A DNA stretch of 64,000 nucleotides. Origin: Mesotaenium endlicherianum. Its lineage: Eukaryota. The notes beneath the pieces are model-generated. The model saw only the letters and a program-made list of their open reading frames with translations. It was not told where the DNA came from and made no database searches. Below are positions 25,509-38,440 of this stretch, in pieces (position 1 is the stretch's first letter; every line of letters starts with the position of its first letter). The stretch is from positions 62,001 to 126,000 of the forward strand of contig WELA01002202.1 of assembly GCA_009602735.1 (NCBI GenBank), written 5' to 3'. A program made the translations under genes and the position numbers.

Positions 25509-25975
25509 TCCTCAGCCTTCCTGAGGTTTTCCGCTTCCTGATCCTTCTTCCTCTGTGCCTCTTCTGCCGCCTCTTGTTGTTTCCGGACCCTTTCTTGTTC
25601 TCTCCTGGTGAGGGACGTCGCCGCCAGCTCCTTCTGGTATTGCTCCATTGTCCTCCTGGCTTCTTCTGCCTTGCGCTTTCTGTCCTCCTTTTGTGTGGTG
25701 GGCGCCATCCTGCACATGTAACCAGGGCACAAGTTAGTAGGATATGGACCTTTGTCATAGGGATTGCAGGAAGTATGTTAGTATTTAGTATAGTGGCTTC
25801 GCTGCTGTTTACCTTACAGGATGATTGCTAAAAGTTGACGTAGTTGCGATGCGCTACACATAAACGTATGAGTGTGTTTTTATCGCTCTCGCTCACTAAC
25901 TGTCATATATTTTCCCCTCCAACTTAAATGGAGACAGGACCGCCTGTCACCTTCCCGTGTCAACTGAAATGACAG

Positions 25976-28900
25976 TTATGGAGGGACTCCAGCGGCCCGA
26001 AGGTGGAACCGTGTCAACGCCCCTTTGGCATTGGTCAAGTGGTCCTTAAACTCCCAAGTGTCCCCAGAGGCATCGTAACCCTTCCATCGAATGAGGTATT
26101 TCATGACATATTTAGACGATCGACGGACCGAGCGAGCGTCTAAAATCTCATCGACCTCATATTCCTCAGGGTCGCCGTCCCGGACAGCGGGGACCGGTCC
26201 CGGTTGGACAGGGAACCGACCTGTGAACAGTGTATCACCTTTGATGTACGGTTCCAGGAAGGAGACATTAAAGACCGGGTGCCCCTTGTATTCAGCTGAC
26301 ATGTTCAGTTTGTAAGCATTCTGACCGACACGACGGACCACCGAATATGGACCGACCCAGACAGGGCCAAGCTTTTTCTTGACCACACCAGGGAGGTACA
26401 GGTGCTGAGAATGCAGTTTGACTAAATCCCCCTTGGAAAATGTCAGTTCCCGACGGTGTTGATTAGCGTATTTTTGTTGGTTTTCTTGGGCCGTGTGCAA
26501 GTTTCGTTGGACTTCTGACAGGGTGTCAGCAAACTCCTGAGTTAACTGGAGGGAGACCGGGTTGTCAATCCCTTCAGGGTGAGTTAAAGATTCCCCTAGC
26601 ACATCTAGAGGAGACTTAGGGACTCTACCCAGGCTGAGTTCAAAAGGAGTTTTGCCCGTTGACGCGTGCACCGCACTGTTGACCGCAAACTGAATTTGAG
26701 GCAACAGGTCATCCCAATTATCTTGTTTTTGGTTAATATATGCTCTCAGCACCTCCTGCAGAACTCGGTTAGTTCTTTCAGTCTGCCCATCAGTCTGAGG
26801 GTGGTTTGCTGTGCTGAGCAGCTGTTTGACTCCCATTAACCCCATTAAAGCTCTCCAGAACTTAGAGGTGAATTTTGAGTCTCTGTCTGAGATGATATTA
26901 GAAGGGAGCCCATGTTGGCATACTACATGGTTGTAAAACTGTCTCGCTGTTTCGAGTGCAGTCACTTTGACAGTTGTGGGGATAAAAATGACCATTTTTG
27001 TCAGTTTATCCACGACTACCAGTATTGAATCATGCCCGTTGGCAGTTCTTGGTAGTGAGACCACCCAGTCCATGGATATAGTTTCCCAGCGTCCCGCTGG
27101 GATGGGTAGCGGTTGCAAGAGACCTCCGGGTGGTGTGTGCCGAGACTTATTTCTCTGACACTGGTCACAGGACTTGACATATTTCAAGACCTCCCGGGGT
27201 AACCCCTCCCAATGATAATGTTTTGCCAGTTTGCCAACAGTTTTGGCCTGCCCCAAATGTCCACCCAGGAGACTGTCATGAGCTTGACTCAGTAAGAGAG
27301 ACCTTATTTCCAAATTATTAGGAATGACCAGCTTCAGCCTGCCTGAAGTGGTTTCAGTCACCCAGACCCCTCCCTTGAGCTTATACCCGAGTGCAGTAGC
27401 ACGACACACACCAGTAGTGGGGCTGGGCTCAAATGTTGGGTCAGAAAGGTAGGCTTTCCTAAGTTGTTCAAGGAAGGACTTTTTCACCTTTAGTGAAGTG
27501 AGTGCACACAGGACTTTATCTACAGCATGCTGACTAAAGTTCCTTTCTTGCAAGTCAGGTCTTCTAGAGAGTGCATCAGCAGGATTCAACTTCCCTGGTT
27601 TGTAGTCGATCTGGACTTGGAACTGCTCCAGCATCTGGCTCCAGCGGTTCTCCCTCCTCGACAGCTTGGACTTCTTCTGAAAGTGGGTCAGAGCTAGATG
27701 ATCTGTAATCACCTTAAAAGCTTTACCATGTAAGTATGCTCTCCACTGTTTGAGTACATGAATGATAGCTAGCAGCTCTTTATCATGCACTGAGTAATTA
27801 ATCTCCGCTGGATTAAATTTCATAGACTCATACAACACAGGATGCCACTCCTGCCGTACCTTACCATCCTTTGTGGTTTTGTCAGCAGGCTGCAACAAAA
27901 TAGCACCCATGGCAAAATCAGAGGCATCAGTAACCACCTGCACCGGTTTGCTGGGGTCATACACGGCTAGCACTGGGGCAGAACAAAGGGCATCTTTAAG
28001 GGTCTGGAAGGCAGCCTGCTGCTCTTCCCCCCACACATACCCGATGTCTTTCTTAGTAAGGTCAGTCAGTTTACTGGCCTTTGTGGAATAATTCTCAATA
28101 AATCTCCTATAGTAGTTAGCCAACCCGAGGAAGGATCTAACTTCAGAGACAGACTGTGGTACTGGCCAGTCCCTTATGGTCTGGACTTTCTTAGGATCCA
28201 CACTGATGCCCTCTTTACTGACAACGTGGCCTAAGAATTCAATACTTTCCTTAAAGAAATCACACTTGCTCATTTTAGCATACAAGTGATTTTTCCGCAG
28301 AGTGTCCAGCACTTTCTTTAAGTGTTCAGTGTGCTGAGCTTCATCTTTAGAGAAAATTAAAATATCATCCAGGAAAACTTGCACAAACTTATCCAAATAA
28401 GGTCTGAAAATGTCATTCATAGCACCCATAAAGGTAGCAGGAGCATTAGTCAGTCCAAATGGCATCACGTTGAACTCATAGTGTCCATAACGTGTGCGGA
28501 AAGCAGTCTTGTGTTCATCCCCCTCAGCAATTCTGATTTGATGATAACCACTCTTGAGATCTATCTTACTGAACACCTTAGCGCCAGACAGGGTATCAAG
28601 CAAGTCCTCGATTCTGGGTAAAGCATACTTGTTCTTTACTGTAATTCTGTTCAGGGCTCTGTAATCCACACACATCCGCATACTGCCATCCTTTTTCTTA
28701 ACAAATAGGATAGGTGCGCCGTACGGTGATTTACTGGGAGAAATGTAACCATTTTCCTCCAGCTCTGCAATCTGTGTTTTCAACTCCTCGCTCTCCAAAT
28801 AAGACAAGCCATAAGTGCGTTGCCAGGGTGGCTGGCTACCAGGTAATAGATCAATCCTATGATCTACTTCCCTTTTAGGGGGTAGTCCTGGAGGCATGTT

Positions 28901-29692
28901 AAACACATCAGTGTACTGAGCAACAATTTTTGCAGCAGTAGGGTGCTCCGGAGGGCTTACCTTTTTCTCAACCACTTCTTCAGGTTGAGGAGGTACCTCT
29001 CTTAGCAGCAGACAGAACATTCTGTCTTCCTTCTGGTTCCAGCTTTTGACGAACTCCATTGCATTCAGCAACTTGCATCCTTCTGGAAGCCTCTTCTTTT
29101 CCTTCATTTGCCATCCACACAGGACAAGAGGAAGAGCACTGGTGGGTGCCAAGTCAGTCTGCCCATCACTGGCTCCTCTCACTTTAACTGTACCTCTGCT
29201 CCAACACACTTCAGCTTGATGTCTATTAAGCCAGGACCTGCCTAGCACGAGATCATAAAAGCCAGTGTTGAGTACCTCAAATGTAAGCGTTTCAGTTAGA
29301 ACTGCAATGCCAGAACCTAACTGGACCTCAATAGGCTTGGTTATAACTCCTCCCGGGATACTTGAGGCATCTCCAAGGAATATTTTTCTATTCCCTTGGG
29401 TGACAGTAGGCAGCCTTAGCCGCTTAACTAAGTCCTTGTGAATAAAAGTATGTGACGCCCCTCCGTCAACAAATGCCCTCACCTTCCTACCTGCAATCAT
29501 GCAATGCAGTAGGATAGGGGGGACTGTCTTTTCCTGACTTTCGCATTGTTCTCCTGACGTAGCAAAGAAATGTTGGACATCAGGTGGAACAAGAGCATCC
29601 AGAGTGTGCACTCTCTGGACGTCTATATTACTGATGGTCTCCTTTATCTGTTTGTCAGGCATGCATAGTGAATCCAGTTCAGCAGGACCCAT
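25976..29692 (-). CDS. pol: Pol of B3
   Basis: 1238 aa; only three amino-acid differences from B2 pol were spotted. Confidence 0.95.
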   Translation of the reverse strand: MGPAELDSLCMPDKQIKETISNIDVQRVHTLDALVPPDVQHFFATSGEQCESQEKTVPPILLHCMIAGRKVRAFVDGGASHTFIHKDLVKRLRLPTVTQGNRKIFLGDASSIPGGVITKPIEVQLGSGIAVLTETLTFEVLNTGFYDLVLGRSWLNRHQAEVCWSRGTVKVRGASDGQTDLAPTSALPLVLCGWQMKEKKRLPEGCKLLNAMEFVKSWNQKEDRMFCLLLREVPPQPEEVVEKKVSPPEHPTAAKIVAQYTDVFNMPPGLPPKREVDHRIDLLPGSQPPWQRTYGLSYLESEELKTQIAELEENGYISPSKSPYGAPILFVKKKDGSMRMCVDYRALNRITVKNKYALPRIEDLLDTLSGAKVFSKIDLKSGYHQIRIAEGDEHKTAFRTRYGHYEFNVMPFGLTNAPATFMGAMNDIFRPYLDKFVQVFLDDILIFSKDEAQHTEHLKKVLDTLRKNHLYAKMSKCDFFKESIEFLGHVVSKEGISVDPKKVQTIRDWPVPQSVSEVRSFLGLANYYRRFIENYSTKASKLTDLTKKDIGYVWGEEQQAAFQTLKDALCSAPVLAVYDPSKPVQVVTDASDFAMGAILLQPADKTTKDGKVRQEWHPVLYESMKFNPAEINYSVHDKELLAIIHVLKQWRAYLHGKAFKVITDHLALTHFQKKSKLSRRENRWSQMLEQFQVQIDYKPGKLNPADALSRRPDLQERNFSQHAVDKVLCALTSLKVKKSFLEQLRKAYLSDPTFEPSPTTGVCRATALGYKLKGGVWVTETTSGRLKLVIPNNLEIRSLLLSQAHDSLLGGHLGQAKTVGKLAKHYHWEGLPREVLKYVKSCDQCQRNKSRHTPPGGLLQPLPIPAGRWETISMDWVVSLPRTANGHDSILVVVDKLTKMVIFIPTTVKVTALETARQFYNHVVCQHGLPSNIISDRDSKFTSKFWRALMGLMGVKQLLSTANHPQTDGQTERTNRVLQEVLRAYINQKQDNWDDLLPQIQFAVNSAVHASTGKTPFELSLGRVPKSPLDVLGESLTHPEGIDNPVSLQLTQEFADTLSEVQRNLHTAQENQQKYANQHRRELTFSKGDLVKLHSQHLYLPGVVKKKLGPVWVGPYSVVRRVGQNAYKLNMSAEYKGHPVFNVSFLEPYIKGDTLFTGRFPVQPGPVPAVRDGDPEEYEVDEILDARSVRRSSKYVMKYLIRWKGYDASGDTWEFKDHLTNAKGALTRFHLRAAGVPP

Positions 29693-29760
29693 AATACCTG
29701 CTACGAGGGCAGCTAGTGACGACTCACTATCTCTAGCATCCTCACAGTCAGTAGACTGGA

Positions 29761-31239
29761 TTACTGACTGTTGCTGTCTTTTAAAGGCTGGTCTTTTCTC
29801 TCGACCTTAGGCAGGTGCTTGACCGGACACTGTTCTCTGTAGTGGCCTTTCTGCTGACAATGGTAGCAAGTAGATTTTGCTGAGGCTGGTCTCGGCTTAG
29901 TCCTACCACCACCCCTTCCATAGCCACCTCGAGAGGGACCACCTCTACCTCTAGACTGAATAGCATTGTACTCATACTCATATTCATCACCCTGATTATC
30001 CTCAGCCTGGTCTCCTTCAACTGCATTGTAGGAACCGTGGGGCTTTTTGACAATCTTAGACACCAAAGCGTTACTCTGGCGCTTGTGATTGAACTGCTGC
30101 TGATCCCAGGCGTCAGCATCCTGGATCAAGTCAGCCAGTTTCTCATACTTTTTCTCAGCAAAATGACCAGAGACCTCGGATTTCAAGCCATACCTGAAGT
30201 ATGCTATCCTATACCGTTCTGGCAAATCAGGCTGCTTCATCATGTTCTCTTGGAACTTTTGAGCAAACTCAGCAACTGAAGTGGTCTGCTTCAGTGTCAG
30301 GGAGATCATCGCATAGATAGCTTTCTCCTGCTGGTTGATGACATCAAACTTCTCATGCAACTTCTCGACAAACTCTACCCACGTAGGGTCACCGAGTTGC
30401 CGAGCCTTACGCTCTTCCTTCCAGTAAAGCCACCAGTCTGCGGCACTGCCTTTCAGTAGCGCACCGGTGTGCCTGACCTTCTCGTAATCTTGCAGTTCTG
30501 GGTAGTTCTCCAGCCACTGCTCAACATCCGCGAGAAACTTGATCAGGTAATATTTTCTGTTTCCCTCAGGATCATAGTCCTGGGGAGGTTTCGGCTTGGG
30601 CTTACTAGGCCCTCGGCCACCACCACTAGTGGTGTGAGACCCCAGTTGGTCTCTGTCCCGGAGTAGGGACATTATGATTCTTTTGTCCTCCTGCTGGGAC
30701 TGATACATGGTCGCCATTTGCGACTGCATCTGAACGAACAATGCTCCCAAGTCTACATTTTGGGGTGGTAGATTAGCAAATGCAGCAGCAGCATTGGCAT
30801 CTACTCGCTGAGTAGTGTCCTCAACAATCCCTCTTGCTCCTGCAGCAGCAATTCCTGCCGCATTCAGCCGGTCACGTATTTGACCTAGGGGTACATTGAG
30901 TTGTACGGCAGGAGGTGGGTTCAGAACATTGGCCCTTGATGCCATAAGTTCTTCAACAGTGCGCTCGTCAGCTGGCTGTCCTTCCCTCCTTTGTATATCT
31001 TCAGCGGCCTTTGCTACTTGTTCAGCTTCTAGTCTGGCTATCTCCTCCTCAGCTTGCTGAGCTGCGACTGAGGCAATAGCAGCTGCCTCATCTGCAGCCT
31101 CCCTAGCTGCAGTATCCGCTACTGCTTCCGAATAGGTACGGTTTCCCGCTACATGGCTTTCCGCCTGGTTTTCGACATTCTCGTTATCCTGGTTCTCCAT
31201 GTCTCGGGAGTTGCTAGTTTGAGACCTTGTCCTTACCAT
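29761..31239 (-). CDS. gag: Gag of B3
   Basis: Translation appears identical to B2 gag. Confidence 0.93.
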   Translation of the reverse strand: MVRTRSQTSNSRDMENQDNENVENQAESHVAGNRTYSEAVADTAAREAADEAAAIASVAAQQAEEEIARLEAEQVAKAAEDIQRREGQPADERTVEELMASRANVLNPPPAVQLNVPLGQIRDRLNAAGIAAAGARGIVEDTTQRVDANAAAAFANLPPQNVDLGALFVQMQSQMATMYQSQQEDKRIIMSLLRDRDQLGSHTTSGGGRGPSKPKPKPPQDYDPEGNRKYYLIKFLADVEQWLENYPELQDYEKVRHTGALLKGSAADWWLYWKEERKARQLGDPTWVEFVEKLHEKFDVINQQEKAIYAMISLTLKQTTSVAEFAQKFQENMMKQPDLPERYRIAYFRYGLKSEVSGHFAEKKYEKLADLIQDADAWDQQQFNHKRQSNALVSKIVKKPHGSYNAVEGDQAEDNQGDEYEYEYNAIQSRGRGGPSRGGYGRGGGRTKPRPASAKSTCYHCQQKGHYREQCPVKHLPKVERKDQPLKDSNSQ

Positions 31240-31273
31240 ACAAAGAAGACTGTGATAACTGCTCCGATACCAC

Positions 31274-32019
31274 TGAAATGAATCGACTTACCAAATAGGC
31301 GATTAACAATTAATAAAGATCTTTATATCAGCAAGTAATCTTTATGGTATTTTCCGTTAACTGGTTAAACGGCAAAGGACAACACACTAGCAGTGAATAA
31401 TACTCGTAAGTCAAATGCGAGTAAACTAGCATCAATAATGCAAATCAGTAAACTCATACATAAGCAAGGTTAGAAGACAGTGCGTATCAATGGCTTCTCG
31501 CCTTGGATTCAGATCTCTCTCAGTAAGCTGTACAAGAGAGTTGGCCTCGTTTCCGAATGCCGAACTCGAGAGCAATGCCTAGCATATGTACATGGAATGA
31601 GTTTACTGTTCAACGGTCAGTGCGATGGCACCGCCTACCCGGGAGTTAACCACGTTGGTAGGACCTCGGTTAACCAAATCCACCGCCATCTCCCATCATC
31701 CCGAATAGCCATCCATCATGGGGATGTCATCTGGCCATTCATCTAGCAGGTGGTACTTAGATGCATATCAAGGCAGTTCGCTGCTACCGAGCACGGAAGT
31801 CAGCTGGCTGTCAAAGAATGTGTCAGCAAGCTGACTTAAGTTGACTTCAGCCTGCTGCTTTTGGCCGAGTCATTAAACTGATAATTATGTAAAGTCCAGC
31901 ACACTGATTATTAACTAAAGTTCAGCAGACTGACTACTAACTAAAGTTCAGCAGGCTGAACTAAATTAACTATTATATTTAAATGAATATTATATCTACT
32001 AATATACTGATTCATTACA
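31274..32019 (-). repeat. B3 5' LTR
   Basis: Reverse complement of the B2 LTR; PBS adjacent. Confidence 0.92.
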
Positions 32020-35000
32020 CAAGGTCAGTCAGTTTACTGGCCTTTGTATAATGTTTTTCAGTGAACCTCCTATAGTAGTTAGCCAACCTGATGAAGGATC
32101 TAATTTACAAGACAAACTGTGGTACAGGCCAGTCCCTTATGGTCTGGACCTTCTTAAGATCAACACTAATGCCTTCGTTACTGACCATGTGTCCCAGGAT
32201 TCCAATACTCTCCTTAAAGAAATCACACTTGGTCATCTTTGCATATATTTGATTCTTTCTTACGTGTCCATCACAGTCTTCAGTTGTTCAACATGCTCAG
32301 CTTGAGTCTGAGAGAAAATTAGAATATCATCCAGAAAGACTTGCACAAACTTATCAAAGCAAGGTCTGAAATGTCATTCATAGCACCCATGAAGGTGGCA
32401 GGAGCATTAGTCAGTCCAAACGGCATCACATTGAACTCATAGCGTCCATATCGTGTGCGGAAAGCTGTCTTGTGTTCATCTCCTTCATCAACTCTGATTT
32501 GATGATGACCACTCTCGATATGTATCTTACTAGACACTTTAGCACCAAACAGGATATCAAGCAAGTCCTCGATTCTGGGTAAAGCATACTTGTTATATAC
32601 TGTAACCCTGTTAAGAGCTCCGTAATCCACACATATTCGCATACTGCCATCTTTTTTTTTAACAAATAAGATGGGTGCACCATAAGGTGATGTATTGGAA
32701 GCAATATAACCATATTCCTCCAACTCTGCAATCTGTGTTCTTAACTCTTCACTCTCCATGTGAGACAACCCATACGTGCGTTGCCAAGGCGGATGGCTCC
32801 CAGGTAGTAAATCAATCTTATAATCCACCTCCCTCCAAGGGGGCAGTCCTCGAGGCATGTTAAAAACATCAGCATACTGAGCAACAATTTTTGCAGCAGT
32901 AGGGTGGTCGGGAGGGCTTACCTTCTTTTCGACCTCTTCTTCAGTTGGGGAGGTACCTCTTTTAGTAGCAGACAGAACATTCTGTCTTCCTTCTGGTTCC
33001 AACTTTTGATGAACTCCATTGCATTTAGCAATGTGCATCCTTCTAGAAGCCTCTTCTTTTCCTTCATTTGCCATCCATACAAGACAAGAGGAAGAGCACT
33101 GGTGGGTGCCAAGTTAGTCTGCCCATCACTGGCTCCTCTCACTTTAACAGTATCTCTGCTCCAACAAACTTCAGCTTGATGTCTATTAAGCCAGGACCTG
33201 CCTAGGACGAGATCATAAAAGCCAGTGTTGAGTACCTCAAACGTAAGCGTTTCAGTTAGAACTGCAATACCAGATACTAAGTGGACCTCAATAGGCTTGG
33301 TTATAATTTGTCCCGAAATACTTGAGGCATCTCCAATAAATATTTTTCTATTCCTTTGGGTGGTAGTAGGCAACCTTAGCCGCTTAACTAAGTCCTTATG
33401 GATGAAAGTATGTGAGGCCCCTCCGTGAACAAATGCCCTCACCTTCCTACCTGCAATCATACAATGCTGTAGAATAGAGAGGACTGACTTTTCCTGACTT
33501 TCGCATCATTCTCCTGACTTAGCAAAAAAATGTTGGACATCAGGTTGAACAAGACCATCCAGAGTGTGCACTCTTTGCAGGTCTATATTGTTGATGGTCT
33601 CCTTTATCTGGTTGGCAGGCATGCATAGTGAATCCAATTTAGCAAGATTTATAATACCTGCTACGAGGGTAGTTAGTGACGACTCACTATCTCTAGCATC
33701 CTCACAGTCAGTAGACTGGATTACTGACTGTTGGTGTCTTTTACAAGCTGATCCCTTCTCTCAACCTTTGGGAGGTGCTTTCTAGGACACTGCTCTCTGT
33801 AGTGGCCCAACTCCTGGCAATGAAAGCAAATAGATTTTGCTGAGGCTGGTCTCGGCTTAGTCCTACCACCACCTCTTTTATAGCCACCTCGAGAGTATCC
33901 CCCTCTCCCTCTAGACTGTATAGCATTGTACTCATACGCGTACTCATCACCGTGATCATCCTTAGCCTGGTCTCCTTCAATTGCATTGTAGGAACAATGT
34001 GGCTTTTTGACGGTCTTAGACACCAAAGCATTACTCTAGCGCTTGTGATTGAACTGCTGTTGATCCCAGGCATCAGCAACCTGGATCAAGTCAGCCAGTT
34101 TCTCATACTTCTTTTCGGCAAAATGACCTGAGACCTCGGGCTTCAAGCCATACCTGAAATGTGCTATCCTATAACGCTCGGGCAGTTCCGGCTGCTTCAT
34201 CATGTTCTCCTGGAACTTTTGAGCAAACTCAGCAACTAAAGTGGTCTGCTTCAGTGTCAAGGAGATCATTGCATAGATAGCTTTCTCCTGCTGATTGATG
34301 ACCTCAAATTTTTCATGCAGTTTCTCGACAAACTCTACCCAAGTCGGGTCACCGAGTTGTTGAACCTTACGCTCTTCTTTGCAATATAGCCACCAGTCTG
34401 CTGCACTGCCTTTCAGTAGAGCACCAATGTGCCTGACTTTCTTTTAGTCCTGCAGTTTTGGATAGTTCTCCAGCCACTGCTCAACATCAGCGAGAAACTT
34501 GATCAGGTTATACTTTTTATTTCCCTCAGGATCATAGTCCTCGAGAGGTTTTGGCTTAGGCTTACTAGGCCCTCTGCTACCACCTCCCGTGGTATAAGAA
34601 CCCAGTTGGTCTCTGTCATGTAGCAAAGCCATCATGATCCTTCTGTCCTCCTGTTGGGACTGATACATGCTCGCCATTTGCGATTGCATTTGTACAAATA
34701 ATGCTCCAATATCTACATTTTGAGTTGACAGCCTCGCAAACGCAGCAACAGTAGTAGCCTTCACTCGCTGAGTAGCATCCTCAACATTCCCTCTTGCTCC
34801 TGCAAGAGCTATTCCTGCCACATTCAGCCGGTCACAAATTTGACCTAAAGGCACATTGAGTTGTACAGCAGGAGGTGAGTTCAGACCGTTGGCCCTTTTT
34901 GCCATAAGCTCTTCGACAGTGCCCTCGTCCGCTGGTCGTTTCTCCCTCCTCTCTGCATCTTCAGCAACTTTTGCTTATCGTTTGGCTTCCAATCCGACTC

Positions 35001-35193
35001 TCTCCTCCTCAACCTGCTGCGCTGCCACTGCGGCAATAGCAGCTGCCTCATCTGCAGCCTCTCTAGCTGCAGTATCTGCCACTGCTTTGAAATAAGTACG
35101 GCTTCTCGCTACATGCCTTTTAGCCTGGTTCTTGACATTCTCGTTATCCTGGTTCTCCATGTCTCGGGAGTTGCTAGTTCAAGACCTTGTCCT
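32020..35193 (-). pseudogene. B1 gag and pol N-terminal part (PR, RT), disrupted
   Basis: Fragment ORFs homologous to B2 gag/pol; gag start and PBS deleted. Confidence 0.88.
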
Positions 35194-35747
35194 TGCAATT
35201 GGTAAACTTATACATTAGCAAGGTTAGAAGACAGTTGGCATCGATGGCTTCTCGCCTTGGATTCAAATATCTCTCAATAAGCTATACAAGAGAGTTGGCC
35301 TTGTTTCTAAATGCCGAGCTCGAGAGCAATCCTAGCATATGTACATGGAATTAGTTTTACCGTTCAACGGCAAGTGCGATGGCACCGCCTACCCGGGAGT
35401 TAACCACGTTGGTAGGACCTTGGTTAACCAAATCCACCGCCATCTCCCATCATCCCACATTGCCATCCATCCTAGGGATGTCATCTGGCCATTCATCTAG
35501 CATATCACACTTAGATGCATATCTAGGCAGGTCGCTGCTACCGAGTACGGAAGTCAGCTGACTATCAAAGAATGTGTCAACAAGCTAACCTAAGTTGACT
35601 TAAGCCTGCTGCTCTTGGCTGAGTCATTAAACTGATGAGTATATAATGTCCAGCAGATTGAATATTGACTAAAGTTCAGCAAGCTGAACTTGACTAATTA
35701 TTATATATAAATGAATACTATATCTACCAATATACTGCTTCATTACA
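35194..35747 (-). repeat. B1 5' LTR, U5 end deleted
   Basis: Matches 11919-12470. Confidence 0.85.
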
Positions 35748-35752
35748 AAAAA

Positions 35753-36710
35753 GGTGTTCCAGCGCCTGGAGAAATTTCAAATGACTCTGCATCCTGGAAA
35801 ATGCAGGTTCTTTGAGGCCCATGTGCCATATCTAGGACATGAGATTAAGAACAATGCTATGTTCCCTCAGGCTATCAAGACTGAGGCTATCTACAAGATA
35901 CCTGCTTTCACCATAGTATCTAAGCTAAAACCCATGCTAGGACTCAACAGGTACTATTGTAAGTTTATTAAGGATTAGAGCAGAATCGCTAAATTCATAA
36001 CAGAACTTCCGAGAAAAGATGTGCCTTTCATGTGGACGGAAGCCTAGGAGAAGGCCATGAACGAGCTAAAAGAAAGGCTGGTGACACCCCCACTCTTGCG
36101 AACGCCAAACTACACAAAGTCGTTCCACCTGCACACAGACTGGAGTCGTGTGGGAATTGGTGCAGTACTCACTCAAGTCAAAAGCTCTAAGGAGAAGTAC
36201 GTGATAGCCTATGCTTCTCGCTCTAACAACTGAGCAAAAAGAAATTACTCATTCTATGAAGGAGAGTTATTGGCAGTGGTGTGGGCTGTTGCACATTTCA
36301 GAGAGTATTTTTGGGGAAGGTCCTTCACGTTGATCACTGATCACTCGCCATCACTTTGGCTGATGAAGAATGGTGACCTCACTGGAAAATTGGCTCGTTG
36401 GGCTCTTAAGCTATATGAGTACCAGATGACGGTAGTACATCGAGCAGGTGTGCTAAACAGTGATGTTGATGGACTCAGCATGAATCCATACCCATCTTCA
36501 GACGACAGAATTGGAGCTCAAGAAGATGAAGACCTAAGCAACCTAGCAAAAATAGCCGCCGGCTTGGTCGAAATAGCTGAAATGATTATGTCAGGAGAAA
36601 TCGAACCACTGCCGCTGTTCATTTTTAGAGATTTAAAAAATCAAGCTACTAAGCACTGGCTAAAGACAAGGTTTCACCTGGAGGGATTATATTTGAAAGA
36701 GAAGGACTAG
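35753..36710 (+). pseudogene. Element A RT C-terminus and RNase H
   Basis: KCRFF, YLGH, LHTDWS, IAYASR, LITDHSP, KLARWALKL. Confidence 0.9.
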
Positions 36711-37860
36711 GTGAGCCATCGTGCAAAACGGTTTTGCTGGAAACGCAATAACCTCATCAAATTTGAAGAGGATGGTGAAGAGAAGTTGGTGCCAAAACCT
36801 GCCACAAGGCGTGCCCTTGTGCAGGAAATGCATGAAAACACAGGCCACTATGGGGTCAAAAAGACATACAATCTTTTAGAACTGCCTTTCTGGTGGAGGG
36901 GCATGAAGCAACAGTGTGAAGACATGGTCAAATCTTGCAAAAGTTGTGATTGCGTCAAAGCTGGATTCACCCAACGACACCCACACTTGCATCCATTGCC
37001 AATCATGGGCCTAGGTTACCGTTGGAGCTGCGATCTCGCAAGTGAGCTACCGCTGTCAATGCGAGGTAATAAATACATCATGGTTATAATTGAGCACTTC
37101 TCTGAGTGGATAGAGGTTGTGCCTCTGACTGCTAAGGAGAGTTTGGAGACCGCGGAAGCGCTCCTTAACAATGTTATTGTGCGCCACGGAGCTCCAGCAG
37201 AATTGTCGACAGACCAAGGGTTTGAGTTCCAGGGGTTATCCTATAAAGTCTTGGACAAATGCTTCATTGATCATTGCACTACGTCTAGAGATCATCCGCA
37301 AGCGGATAGATTAGCAAAACGGATAGTGCAAACTGTGAAGTCTGCACTGCGCAAATATTGTCTGGAACATGACAAGCGCAATTGGGATCTGGCCCTATCA
37401 TGGTTGGTAATGGGGTACAGATTCAGCATGCAAGCTGCGCTGGCAAATTATTTGCCATATCAAATTTTGTTTGGCAAAAGTCCAGTAGTACCCAGCAGTA
37501 TCAAATGGGAGATTAACCAGGTGAAAGATCTGGACAGCCCTGAGGAACTGCTAATAGCTATGGTACGCCGCAAGGCGTTATTTGAATGCATGATGCCTGC
37601 TACATTGGACAATCTGAAAATTGCACAAAAGAGAGATACCCAGCGTTAAGATAGGGGATGGGGGTTACCGCCTAGCTGCAGATGACGTAGATCCAGGAAG
37701 AAGACTTTGTTTACAGAAAGCGGCAGACCAAGACAACTATCGACACCAGTTCAGGTGCAGTCATCTTGCGCGTAAAGCATGTGCTGGAAGGCTCAGACGG
37801 CAAAACCATAAGCGACCATGTGCAAAATCGCTCGTTGTGCCATTTGCCAAATATTGATCC
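36711..37860 (+). pseudogene. Element A DDE integrase
   Basis: HENTGHYG...CKSC zinc-binding motif; WSCDL; STDQGFEF; RIVQTVK. Confidence 0.9.
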
Positions 37861-37894
37861 CACTGTCAAGGTTGTGCCTGAGGAATTTGTGCCA

Positions 37895-38050
37895 GCCACG
37901 CCATGTGCCAACTGCAATTAGCTGGATGATCACGAGACAATAGTAGTTTGCAAACCTTCTGCATTGGGGATGAAGAGATAATGGCAGAACGATGGAAATG
38001 TCTAGACTGCTTTGTTAAACCCCCCAGTTGCAAAGCTGGAAAATAAATAA
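37895..38050 (+). pseudogene. PHD-finger remnant after integrase
   Basis: Manual translation: PCANCN*LDDHETIVVC ... ERWKCLDC; middle part lost. Confidence 0.55.
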
Positions 38051-38082
38051 CTTTCTGCAAAAAGGGCAGAGACGCCCCAGCT

Positions 38083-38094
38083 GAAAGGGAGGGG
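38083..38094 (+). promoter_or_regulatory. Polypurine tract of element A
   Basis: GAAAGGGAGGGG directly before TGTAAG of segment X1. Confidence 0.75.
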
Positions 38095-38438
38095 TGTAAG
38101 GGAAAAAGAGGGATGACAAACTTTTTGCAAAAAATGCCAAGTAGTGTAAAGGAACCATGGGAATGAGTCTGCTCAAAGCAAAAGCACCTCATGGTCACCC
38201 CCTTGCATCTGCTTCAGTGCAGGAAGACCAAAAATAGTTCAACCTCACAGCAGAATTGCACCGACACACGTGTGAAGGGAAATCGACCAAGGCAAACGGC
38301 ACGTGCAGAGCTGCACCGGCCTGTCGACCATGACAAAGTCCACACGTGAGAGGAGTCACCGACACATCGACAAGGTCGACGGCACACGTGTTGGAAAGCC
38401 ATACACGTGCTAGGGGACCGACACTATTAGGCACGGCA
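38095..38438 (+). repeat. Terminal repeat segment X, copy 1 (344 bp)
   Basis: Direct repeat of 39651-39994. Confidence 0.9.
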
Positions 38439-38440
38439 GC

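Larger units (their letters stand above)
25509..32019 (-). mobile_element. Family B copy B3, 3'-truncated within ORF3, tail-to-tail with B2
   Basis: 5' LTR 31274-32019, PBS 31261-31272, intact gag and pol; ORF3 start at 25708 is cut at 25509. Confidence 0.9.
11755..35747 (-). mobile_element. Chromovirus family B copy B1 (old, decayed), inserted in element A RT
   Basis: LTRs at both ends. TSD GAAAA/AAAAA. Removal restores ...HLEKVFQRLEKF. Confidence 0.9.
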
